From Candidatus Aenigmatarchaeota archaeon (GTDB lineage: Archaea; Aenigmatarchaeota; Aenigmatarchaeia; PWEA01; JAGHBM01): 44,915 bases of DNA. This document shows, piece by piece, positions 23,646 to 31,474 of the stretch. The stretch is taken from the NCBI GenBank assembly GCA_021162085.1, contig JAGGZI010000034.1:1-44915 (forward strand), written 5' to 3'. The translations under genes were made by a program, and so were the position numbers. The notes under the pieces were generated by a model, which was not told the origin of the DNA, searched no databases, and saw only the letters and a program-made list of their open reading frames with translations. Every line of letters starts with the position of its first letter. Position 1 is the stretch's first letter.

Positions 23646-23828
23646 TGGTGGGCCAGGGGAGATATATCCAGCAGGCTTCCGCCTTGCGTCCTTCGGACAT
23701 ACGCACACTTCGTGCGCGTCAGTAAATTGAACTCCCGACCTCTGCCTTGTAAGGGCAGCGTCATAGCCAATCCCCAAACCCTCTCTTTTCTTTTGTGAAA
23801 AGAAAGGGTCTCTCTAGACCACCGGCCC
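23646..23828 (-). tRNA. tRNA-Val(UAC) with two non-canonical introns, CCA encoded
   Basis: Exons: 23828-23814, 23769-23727, 23663-23646. Introns: 44 nt (D-loop, AG|TGG) and 63 nt (T-loop, 58/59 or 59/60). The spliced product is exactly 76 nt. Stems: acceptor GGGCCGG/CTGGCCC (one G-U), anticodon stem CTGCC/GGCAG with loop CTTACAA, T arm GGGAG-TTCAAAT-CTCCC. Confidence 0.85.
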
Positions 23829-23871
23829 ATGAATTAATTCTATATATGTATGTCGGTTGGTTTTATATTAA

Positions 23872-25125
23872 TTAAGTTCCCTCATTATATGAATTTAAAT
23901 ACTTCCTTTGCTCATCTGTTAAAGAGTCTATACTTATTCCCATACTCTTCAACTTTAAAGTGGCTACTAGCTGATCCTGCTCACTTGGCACTTCATATAC
24001 CTTTTTCTCAAGTTTTTTATGATTTTCTAGAATGTACTTGAGAGATAAAAACTGGTTTGCAAAGGACATATCCATGACCTCGCTTGGATGCCCCTCTGCA
24101 GCTGCAAGATTCACGAGTCTTCCCTTTGCTAGGAGATAAATTTTTCTTCCATCCCTTAGCTTGTACATCTCGTTATTAGGTCTTATTTCTCTCTTACTTG
24201 CTGAAATGTCCTCCAGATCCTGTATATTTATTTCACAATCGTAATGACCTGTGTTACAAACAACAGCGCCATTCTTCATTTTTTCAAAATGCCTCCTAAC
24301 TATGACATCTTTCATACCTGTAGCAGTGATGAATATATCACCTATTTTTGCTGCCTCATCCATGGTCATTACAGAGAATCCATCCATCCTTGCCTTAAGC
24401 GCCTTTATTGGGTCAACCTCAGTAACTATCACGTTTGCTCCCATTCCTCTTGCTCTGTTTGCCACTCCTTTTCCACAGTGACCGTATCCTGCTACAACGA
24501 AGTTCTTTCCTGCGAGGAGAATTGACGTGGCCCTCATTATGCCATCCAACGAGGATTGACCCGTTCCATATATGTTATCAAAATCCCATTTGGTTTCGGC
24601 ATCATTCACAGCTATCACAGGATACATGAGTTTTCCATCTCTTACCATGGACTTCAATCTGTGAACACCCGTGGTGGTTTCCTCTGTCCCACCCATAACA
24701 TTCTTTGCAAGTTCTGGATACTTGTTGTGGAGTGTGAATATGAGATCTGCGCCATCATCCAGGGTCAAATCTGGTTTTATTTCCAAAACTCTATCAATAC
24801 ACCAATAGAATTCTTTTCTGTTCATTCCATGCCAAGCAAATATGGAGATTCCTTCCTCTGCAAGCGCAGCCGCAACATCATCTTGAGTGCTCAATGGATT
24901 GCATCCACTCCATGCTACCTCCGCACCTGCCGCCACAAGGGTCTTTATCAAAACAGCAGTCTCCTTTGTCACATGAAGTGAACCACCTATCTTCACTCCC
25001 TTAAATGGCTTCTCTTTGGAATATTTCTCTCTAAGCATCATCAAAACAGGCATCCTTGATTCTGCCCATTCTATTTTTTTCCTTCCTTCCTCAGCAAGGC
25101 CGATATCCCTTACCTTGTATTTCAT
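23872..25125 (-). CDS. ahcY: S-adenosyl-L-homocysteine hydrolase
   Basis: 417 aa. Matching segments include MKYKVRDIGLAEEGRKKIEWAESRMPVLM, GTEETTTGVHRL, the NAD-binding AGYGHCGKGVA and CNTGHYDCEI. Family match is full length. Confidence 0.9.
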   Translation of the reverse strand: MKYKVRDIGLAEEGRKKIEWAESRMPVLMMLREKYSKEKPFKGVKIGGSLHVTKETAVLIKTLVAAGAEVAWSGCNPLSTQDDVAAALAEEGISIFAWHGMNRKEFYWCIDRVLEIKPDLTLDDGADLIFTLHNKYPELAKNVMGGTEETTTGVHRLKSMVRDGKLMYPVIAVNDAETKWDFDNIYGTGQSSLDGIMRATSILLAGKNFVVAGYGHCGKGVANRARGMGANVIVTEVDPIKALKARMDGFSVMTMDEAAKIGDIFITATGMKDVIVRRHFEKMKNGAVVCNTGHYDCEINIQDLEDISASKREIRPNNEMYKLRDGRKIYLLAKGRLVNLAAAEGHPSEVMDMSFANQFLSLKYILENHKKLEKKVYEVPSEQDQLVATLKLKSMGISIDSLTDEQRKYLNSYNEGT

Positions 25126-25134
25126 TTTTTCACC

Positions 25135-26169
25135 TCATACGTCCCAATAAAACCTGACTTTCTCTTTTATCTTGCTCACAATATTTTTTGTTTCATCAAG
25201 TCCCGAATACACGTCAGGTTTAAAAGAATCTTTGAATTCAGCATTTATATTTGTTAGTCCTGCCATTAAAGACATCCATGCATATGGTAGAACTTCATTT
25301 TTGTACCCGCTCACCATAAGGTCAATTACTTTTCCATTACACACCCTTTCTGAGACTTCTCTAACCTTTTCACCTATACTTCTAAATCCATCGAGTGTTA
25401 ATCCCAGGTCTGTTAATGGATCAGAGAAATGTGGATCTGAGCCACCATATCTTATTATTACATCTGGCTTGAACTTTAGCGCAAGTGGCTCGAAAATCTC
25501 GTTCAGAACATATTCGTATGCTTTATCAGAAGCTCCCGGCGGCATTGGAACATTAATTGTGTATCCCCATCCATTGGCAACTCCCATATCTTCTATAAAT
25601 CCCTTTCCGGGATAAAGCGTCCTCGGGTCCTGATGCAAATCTATGAAGAGAACTTTATTGTCAGAATAAAATATTTCAGATGTTCCATCTCCAGCATGGG
25701 CATCTGTATCAAGAATTAAAATTCTTTCCGCTCCTTTGTTAATCAAGTTTTTAGCGCATACTGCAACGTCATTGAATATACAAAAACCAGCTTCCCTTGA
25801 GCGCTTAGCGTGATGAAGTCCGCCACCTATTCCTATGACCTTCCTGTAATCTCCATTCCACACCAATTCTCCAGCAAGCTTTGATACACCAACTATCAGT
25901 CTTGCAGCATCATATAATTCTGGTCTCAATGGGGTGTCTAAATCTATGCCTTTGCCTTCTTTGACCCTGTTTATATATTCTTTTGTATGCACAAGCAACA
26001 AATCCTCTTCAGTCACAGGTTTTGGCTCTATTATATCAAAATACTTATCAAATCTATTTTCTTTAAAAACCTTCATGAATTCCAAAAATCTGCTACCCCT
26101 GAAGGGATGTCCGGGACCGAAATCATAATTCTTCAAATCCTTACTATAGACCAGTGCGTTCTCTCCCAT
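25135..26169 (-). CDS. Histone deacetylase-family enzyme (AcuC / acetylpolyamine amidohydrolase-like)
   Basis: GGLHHAKRSREAGFCIFNDVAV and DTDAHAGDGT are zinc/active-site motifs of the HDAC superfamily. The gene lies 9 nt upstream of ahcY on the same strand. Confidence 0.8.
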   Translation of the reverse strand: MGENALVYSKDLKNYDFGPGHPFRGSRFLEFMKVFKENRFDKYFDIIEPKPVTEEDLLLVHTKEYINRVKEGKGIDLDTPLRPELYDAARLIVGVSKLAGELVWNGDYRKVIGIGGGLHHAKRSREAGFCIFNDVAVCAKNLINKGAERILILDTDAHAGDGTSEIFYSDNKVLFIDLHQDPRTLYPGKGFIEDMGVANGWGYTINVPMPPGASDKAYEYVLNEIFEPLALKFKPDVIIRYGGSDPHFSDPLTDLGLTLDGFRSIGEKVREVSERVCNGKVIDLMVSGYKNEVLPYAWMSLMAGLTNINAEFKDSFKPDVYSGLDETKNIVSKIKEKVRFYWDV

Positions 26170-26215
26170 AATTATTATTTGACATGAAAGAAATAAAAAT
26201 ACGTGAACTGAAGCA

Positions 26216-26505
26216 TGGCGCTGGGGGAGGGACTTTCACGAACCCGCAAGGAACCTACGGTTCCTTTCAGTTTTACGATATTCCTGATATCTTCCCTAAA
26301 GATAATTGGCAAATGCAAAAGCATTTGCAAAACAATGGGAGGATATTCCCATAAGGAGGGAAATGTGTTCCCTCCGTAGGGTTTTGAACCCTCGAGGGGA
26401 CGTGCCCCACTAGCTTAGCAGGCTAGCGCCGTATTTGATCGTGTGCAGAAAATTGCAATCATTCACTCATGCACATCGACCTTTAAACCACTCGGCCACC
26501 CCAGC
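26216..26505 (-). tRNA. tRNA-Ser(GCU) with two non-canonical introns, CCA encoded
   Basis: Exons: 26505-26483, 26430-26383, 26232-26216. Introns: ~52 nt (D-loop after GAGTGGTTTAA; junction approximate) and 150 nt (T-loop, 59/60). The spliced product is 88 nt. Stems: acceptor GCTGGGG/CCCCAGC, uninterrupted anticodon arm CTAGC-CTGCTAA-GCTAG, long variable arm TGGGGCACGTCCCCTC, T arm GAGGG-TTCAAAT-CCCTC, discriminator G. Confidence 0.85.
26229..26297 (-). repeat. Copy B of the 69-nt conserved element, in the tRNA-Ser T-loop intron
   Basis: Identical to 23256-23324 except for one T/G difference. It contains the GGAACC-GTA-GGTTCC hairpin. Confidence 0.9.
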
Positions 26506-26532
26506 ATATATAAGCTTTAAATATTCTTAAGA

Positions 26533-26540
26533 TTTATAAA
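26533..26540 (-). promoter_or_regulatory. TATA box for tRNA-Ser (possibly bidirectional region shared with the PRC-barrel gene)
   Basis: TTTATAAA lies 28-35 nt upstream of the tRNA 5' end (26505). Confidence 0.45.
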
Positions 26541-26582
26541 TAATAAAGCTTTAATAAATAATGTTTGTCAGGGGGTAGAATT

Positions 26583-26873
26583 ATGCCAATTAATGTGAAG
26601 AATTTATCTGAAATGTTTGGAAAAGATGTTTTTACAACCAAGGGAGTTTATTGTGGAAAAGTAGGAGACGTAAAGGTGGATCTTACAAAATTCAGAGTAA
26701 GATCACTTGTTATAGAAGCTGCAAGAGGTTCATATTTGGCTGAAATAGTTGGCGGCAAGAGAGGAGTTATAATTCCGTATCAGATGGTTCAGTCAGTTGG
26801 TGATATAGTCATAGTTAAACACATAAATCCACCTGCAGTGAAAGAGTCGGAAGAAGAAACAGAAGAAAAATGA
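26583..26873 (+). CDS. PRC-barrel domain protein
   Basis: The sequence MPINVKNLSEMFGKDVFTTKGVYCGKVGDVKVDLTKFRVRSLVIE... has the size and pattern of archaeal PRC-barrel proteins. I prefer the ATG at 26583 (AGGGGGT SD 7 nt upstream) over the track's TTG at 26565. Confidence 0.65.
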   Translation: MPINVKNLSEMFGKDVFTTKGVYCGKVGDVKVDLTKFRVRSLVIEAARGSYLAEIVGGKRGVIIPYQMVQSVGDIVIVKHINPPAVKESEEETEEK

Positions 26874-27442
26874 AATATCTTGAAGACATACAAGAAAAAC
26901 TCTCAAGAAAACTAATTCTTGAAGATAAATTTGAAAATATAGATGTTATTGGTGGCGCTAGCTCTATTTCTTTTAAGAACATTGTAATCTCTGGTATTGT
27001 TGTTTGTTCATTTCCTGACATAAAAATTCTTGAGAGAGCGCATTCTGAAATCAAAACAAGCTTTCCCTACATTTCAGGATTCCTTACATTTAGGGAGGGT
27101 CCACCAATAATATCTGCCTACAAGAAGTTAAGAAAGAAACCTGATGTGCTAATTTTAAATTGTTCAGGTATTTGCCATCCAAGGCACTTAGGCATGGCAT
27201 CACATTTAGGCATTTTAATTAACGTACCGACAATAGGTGTAACTAAAAGGTTGCTGTGTGGTTATGTGAAAGATGATAAAATAATTTACATGGGAAAACA
27301 AGTTGGATGGAAACTAAAGAACATCTACATTTCTCCCGGACACATGGTTTCCCTAAAAACATCATTAGAGATTATAAAGAATTCCATGAGGAATCATAGA
27401 TTACCCGAGCCATTGTATCTTGCCAGAAAATATTTGAGATAA
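26870..27442 (+). CDS. nfi: Endonuclease V
   Basis: FPYISGFLTFREGPP, DVLILNCSGICHPRHLGMASHLGILINVPTIGVTKRLL match the EndoV core motifs. The start overlaps the PRC-barrel stop as ATGA. Confidence 0.8.
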   Translation: MKYLEDIQEKLSRKLILEDKFENIDVIGGASSISFKNIVISGIVVCSFPDIKILERAHSEIKTSFPYISGFLTFREGPPIISAYKKLRKKPDVLILNCSGICHPRHLGMASHLGILINVPTIGVTKRLLCGYVKDDKIIYMGKQVGWKLKNIYISPGHMVSLKTSLEIIKNSMRNHRLPEPLYLARKYLR

Positions 27443-29026
27443 TTAAAATTTCAGACTATCAAGCCACCAATAAATACTCATCGAAATTCCCATAAATAAT
27501 ATTGTTGTTAAAACAAATTGGAGGATTACAAACAAAATTATTTTCTTCCATTGCTTCTTCTTATGAAGCCTTAGTAAGTAATATCCCATGAGCCCCGCAC
27601 CGACCAAAGGAGCAACGAATACACCCACTATGGTGAGCGATATCCCCCATGAACCTGCTACGTATGCCCCTATTGAAATCAGTCCTTGTCTCAAGGAATC
27701 CTCATTATATTTCATCTTGAATATTCTTTTATTGAGCAAAAGGAATATTACAAACCATGAAATCAAAAAGAATGTCACAACAAAGAGCATGCTATTCTTT
27801 GATACATCAGAAGCAAGCTTTATTTGAGCTTTTTTGTTTTGCGCATCTAAAATCATTTTATTCTTCTCTTTCTCTGATGCCTTAGTGAATACCATCTGCA
27901 AATCAGATGAGGGTTTAGAATTCCTGTATCTCCATACGTAAGTCCACTGATCCATAGTCTCATTCGTTTGTGGCTTCGGATAAACACCATATACCTTGTA
28001 ATCATATGGAACAAATGCATAAACTCTTACATCATCCATTGGCTTTGCCCATGCCTCTCCCGTGCCAAGTGGATACCAGAATTCATACTTACCATCCTTG
28101 TATTCAAGAGGTACCTTGTAAGTTACAACAACTCCACTTTCTTCAGCCTCCTTCCTTTCTGCACCAGATTTTATTAAATCCTCTATTGACTTCTGTATTT
28201 CTACATAATCACAACTTGGTGTGATACTCTTACATTCGTCTATACATTCTTCAGTCCATTTATCCTTGTTGTAGTATCCATATTTTCTTTGTAATTGGGA
28301 AATGAATGACTTATAAGAGCTTGGACATATTTTCTCTAAGTAGCTCTTTGTCTCTTGACCTATCATTGACTTTGGCTCGAGTTCTATTACATAAAGATAG
28401 GTATCATCATACCTTCTAAATGCCTTTAAAACGCTCTCATCTAAACCAACATGTTGAACCAAGTTGCTTGCTCCCTTTTCAGAAAATATGCGGTAAACCA
28501 GAACTCTTGTTGAACCAAATTGTTGAACCTCAGATAGAACCCATCCTGGTGAGTTCGCCCGAAGTGCCTCCACACCGCCCTTCATAACAGCATATGGCAC
28601 TGGCGTATAAATTTCAAAGAACGGTGAGAAGAAAAAAATTGTAAGAAAATCGCTAAGAGAGTCTGAATACATATACTCTGCTCGCCTTGCTTTATTAATA
28701 TCTGAAATTAAATTCTCGGTGGAATTAACCTTGTATTTATTTTCAAAGTCTCCAAGTACTGTGTCTGTTGCATTCAATCCAAATGGCTTGTATTCAAATG
28801 GTATTGCCCATTTTATCTTTCTTGATTCTCCTGTGAGATCCTCCACTGATATGAAAAGGTGAATGGTTGCTATGTTCTCGTCTGGATTGAAATCAACAGT
28901 TGCTATCTGATGGTGCTGAACCATATTTTGCCAATGATAGTAGTCTGGAGGTATGTAAATCCCATCCGCTAGAACTGTTGGTATGAATAATAACAAAACA
29001 AGAATTAATAATAACATCTTTTTCAT
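27443..29026 (-). CDS. Membrane protein of unknown function (signal peptide, large extracytoplasmic domain, three or more C-terminal TM helices)
   Basis: The N-terminus is MKKMLLLILVLLLFIPTVLADG. C-terminal hydrophobic segments are MLFVVTFFLISWFVIFLLL, AYVAGSWGISLTIVGVFVAPLVGAGLMGYYLL and IILFVILQFVLTTILFMGISMSIYWWL. I recognise no family. Confidence 0.55.
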   Translation of the reverse strand: MKKMLLLILVLLLFIPTVLADGIYIPPDYYHWQNMVQHHQIATVDFNPDENIATIHLFISVEDLTGESRKIKWAIPFEYKPFGLNATDTVLGDFENKYKVNSTENLISDINKARRAEYMYSDSLSDFLTIFFFSPFFEIYTPVPYAVMKGGVEALRANSPGWVLSEVQQFGSTRVLVYRIFSEKGASNLVQHVGLDESVLKAFRRYDDTYLYVIELEPKSMIGQETKSYLEKICPSSYKSFISQLQRKYGYYNKDKWTEECIDECKSITPSCDYVEIQKSIEDLIKSGAERKEAEESGVVVTYKVPLEYKDGKYEFWYPLGTGEAWAKPMDDVRVYAFVPYDYKVYGVYPKPQTNETMDQWTYVWRYRNSKPSSDLQMVFTKASEKEKNKMILDAQNKKAQIKLASDVSKNSMLFVVTFFLISWFVIFLLLNKRIFKMKYNEDSLRQGLISIGAYVAGSWGISLTIVGVFVAPLVGAGLMGYYLLRLHKKKQWKKIILFVILQFVLTTILFMGISMSIYWWLDSLKF

Positions 29027-29122
29027 GCTTAAAATTAGTGAGTTTTTATTTAAAAAACTGATGTTTTTGTTCGGTAATACCCTAAATACAAGAATTTATC
29101 CTTTTTCTACTAATACCTAATT

Positions 29123-29974
29123 ATGTATTTGAAATGGAGCGATTACCCTGGAATAAGTAAATATGATGGGTATGAAGAAATTGTAATTCGTTCACCTGAC
29201 ATTGACACCTTAATTGAAAGTGTTGAGAATCTTGATGAAAACCAGATACTTGTGATAGAGACCCATGAAATATTGAACGATTCGAGAGAGTTTATGAAAA
29301 GAGGTCCAGAACTTAAAATACAAAATACTATAGGATCTCCATGGAAAGTATTTCCTCGATATTTTCGAAATTTAAAAATTAATAGACCAAAAAGAGGATA
29401 TAAATGGAAAAATAAAAGAACCGAGAGTTCTGTATTTGTCCCATTCTCAAGCATAATTGATGGTTTAAAAATATATGCAGCATACGACATAGACGTTAAA
29501 TTTTACAGAGGTAGAAAGTCACAGAAGATGATTTCAGCAAAGGTACCATCAAGAAGCATGGAATATAAATATTCTGTGTTCGAAAGTGTTTTACAAAGAG
29601 ATGGCGAGAACTTCTTCTCTGATTGGAACAATTACAATTGTAGTTGCGGCTGTGAAGGGCATTTGTACGATAGGTTCACATCATTCAAATACGTGAATCC
29701 TGAAAACTACGTGTGCCCCCATATTGTGGCTGCATATCATGCTGCAATGAAAAAATTACCAGAGAAAGGTGAAGATCCAATTTATCCGCTGTTTCCAGGC
29801 CCCACTAAAAAGCTTGCATCGTTTGATGAAAACCTTACCAAAACTTTCATAAAAAAGAGATATAAGAAAAGACTCACAATTGGAGAAAGGAATTTCATTA
29901 TATCATCGTATCTTGGATATCTGAACGAGAAGAGAATTGATGGTCTCTCGTTTTTCGATAACTCTCTTTTATAA
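29123..29974 (+). CDS. SWIM-type zinc-finger protein
   Basis: CSCGCEGHLYDRFTSFKYVNPENYVCPHIVAAYH fits the C-x-C-x(n)-C-x-H SWIM signature. The rest is unrecognised. Confidence 0.55.
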   Translation: MYLKWSDYPGISKYDGYEEIVIRSPDIDTLIESVENLDENQILVIETHEILNDSREFMKRGPELKIQNTIGSPWKVFPRYFRNLKINRPKRGYKWKNKRTESSVFVPFSSIIDGLKIYAAYDIDVKFYRGRKSQKMISAKVPSRSMEYKYSVFESVLQRDGENFFSDWNNYNCSCGCEGHLYDRFTSFKYVNPENYVCPHIVAAYHAAMKKLPEKGEDPIYPLFPGPTKKLASFDENLTKTFIKKRYKKRLTIGERNFIISSYLGYLNEKRIDGLSFFDNSLL

Positions 29975-30012
29975 CATATAATTTATTATATAAGGTGAAC
30001 TAATTTTATTTT

Positions 30013-30621
30013 ATGTTACCCTTTCAAGAAACTGAAAAACTAATTAAAAAGTACAGGATTCCAATTCCCAGACAAAAATTGGTTGAAAGCCTTGAGGAAG
30101 CAAAAAAATTTTCTGAAAAACTTTATCCTGTAGTCATGAAGGTTTATTCTTCAAAAATAATTCACAAGACAGACGTGGGTGGCATAATTGTTGACATAAG
30201 AAACGAAGAGGAACTCACAGAAGCGTTTAAAAAATTGATGAAGATAAAGAATGCCGAAGGTGTGATAATACAAAAGTATGTTAGAGGAATTGAAACTATA
30301 ATTGGTGGAATAACCGACGAACATTTTGGCCCGTGTGTAAGTTTTGGAACAGGTGGAATATTCACGGAGATACTTAACGACATTGAATTTAGAGTCTGTC
30401 CAATAACAAAAAAAGATGCAAGGAAGATGATAGAAGAATCGCGGATATACAGAATACTGAGTGGATATCGTGGTAAGAAGTATGACATAAACCCTATAGT
30501 TGACATACTCCTAAAGGTAGCCAAGATGATCGAGAAGGAACATATCAAAGCAATGGACATAAACCCAATTATAGTTGAAGAGAAAAAGGTATGGGCGGTT
30601 GATGTAAGGATAATAAAGTGA
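30013..30621 (+). CDS. acdB: ADP-forming acetyl-CoA synthetase beta-subunit-like ATP-grasp protein
   Basis: YPVVMKVYSSKIIHKTDVGGIIVDI, FGPCVSFGTGGIFTEILNDIEFRVCPITKKDARKMI and DINPIIV are collinear with archaeal ACS (NDP-forming) beta subunits. Confidence 0.75.
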   Translation: MLPFQETEKLIKKYRIPIPRQKLVESLEEAKKFSEKLYPVVMKVYSSKIIHKTDVGGIIVDIRNEEELTEAFKKLMKIKNAEGVIIQKYVRGIETIIGGITDEHFGPCVSFGTGGIFTEILNDIEFRVCPITKKDARKMIEESRIYRILSGYRGKKYDINPIVDILLKVAKMIEKEHIKAMDINPIIVEEKKVWAVDVRIIK

Positions 30622-30625
30622 TTTT

Positions 30626-31177
30626 ATGTATGAAATAAGACTTCACGGAAGAGGGGGGCAGGGAGTTAAGCTTGCCGCTCACATCCTTGGAAAGGCTGCA
30701 TTCTTATCCGGTTATCAGGTCCAAAGCTTTGCAATGTATGGGGCAGAAAGGAGGGGAGCTCCGGTTACATCGTTCGTAAGGATTGATAAGAAAGAAATAC
30801 TTGAGAGGGGCTACATATTCGAGCCTGATTTCGTTATACTTCTTGATGATACACTGGATTTTGACATGGCTGAGAACGGACTTAAAGAAGGTGGAATCAT
30901 GCTCATAAACACCAACAAATATCCTAGTCATTTCGTCGATAAGGAGACAAAATACAAGGTTTACACAATAGATGCCACGAGTATAGTTATGAAAGTTCTT
31001 GGCATCCCCATACCAAATACTGCAATGCTTGGAGCATTTGTAAAGATCTTCAATAAAATTCCTTTGGAAATTCTTAAAAAGTCCATTGAAAAAGAATTTG
31101 CAGAAGAAGGTAAAGAAAATCTGATAAAGAAAAACAAAGATGTTGTAGAAGTATGCTATAATGAGTTGGTTGTATGA
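30626..31177 (+). CDS. porG: Pyruvate/2-oxoacid:ferredoxin oxidoreductase gamma subunit
   Basis: The N-terminus is IRLHGRGGQGVKLAAHILGKAAFLSGYQVQSFAMYGAERRGAPVTSFVRI, and the protein is 183 aa. Confidence 0.85.
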   Translation: MYEIRLHGRGGQGVKLAAHILGKAAFLSGYQVQSFAMYGAERRGAPVTSFVRIDKKEILERGYIFEPDFVILLDDTLDFDMAENGLKEGGIMLINTNKYPSHFVDKETKYKVYTIDATSIVMKVLGIPIPNTAMLGAFVKIFNKIPLEILKKSIEKEFAEEGKENLIKKNKDVVEVCYNELVV

Positions 31178-31473
31178 TTGAGGATGAAAAAATAAAATAC
31201 CTTGACGAAAAGGGGATTCCTGCTCTTAAGGCAGAGGAGGCAAAAACAGAAAAAACTGGTAAATGGAGGGTGTTCAAACCAATTATAAATGAAGAGAAAT
31301 GTATAAAGTGCAAATTATGCTGGCTGTACTGTCCTGAAAATGTTATAACGATTGACAAGAATGGCCATCCCAAGATAAACTACGAAATATGTAAGGGATG
31401 TGGTGTGTGCGCTGATAATTGTCCTGTAAAGGCAATTAATATGAAAAGAGATTTCCATGAGGAGGAGAAATGA
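31174..31473 (+). CDS. porD: Pyruvate:ferredoxin oxidoreductase delta subunit (2x[4Fe-4S])
   Basis: Two Cys clusters are present: CIKCKLCWLYCP and CKGCGVCADNCP. The start overlaps the porG stop. Confidence 0.85.
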   Translation: MIEDEKIKYLDEKGIPALKAEEAKTEKTGKWRVFKPIINEEKCIKCKLCWLYCPENVITIDKNGHPKINYEICKGCGVCADNCPVKAINMKRDFHEEEK

Positions 31474-31474
31474 A

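Noticed and set aside
22641-23810. Recurrent CTTTCTTTTGTGAAAAGAAAG palindromes, considered as a CRISPR array or a MITE/REP family.
   Set aside because: Spacing is irregular and copies differ in length. Each one sits inside a tRNA intron at a defined tRNA position. No spacers and no cas genes are present.
23600-23830. ORF 23600-23830 (minus strand, 76 aa).
   Set aside because: It coincides with tRNA-Val (23646-23828). Its Met is the tRNA 5' flank and its sequence is the tRNA read as codons.
26565-26582. Upstream alternative starts proposed by the ORF track at 26565 (TTG), 31457 and 32605 (TTG).
   Set aside because: In each case a downstream ATG has a better SD or forms an ATGA overlap or immediate junction with the preceding gene's stop (26583, 31475 and 32614).
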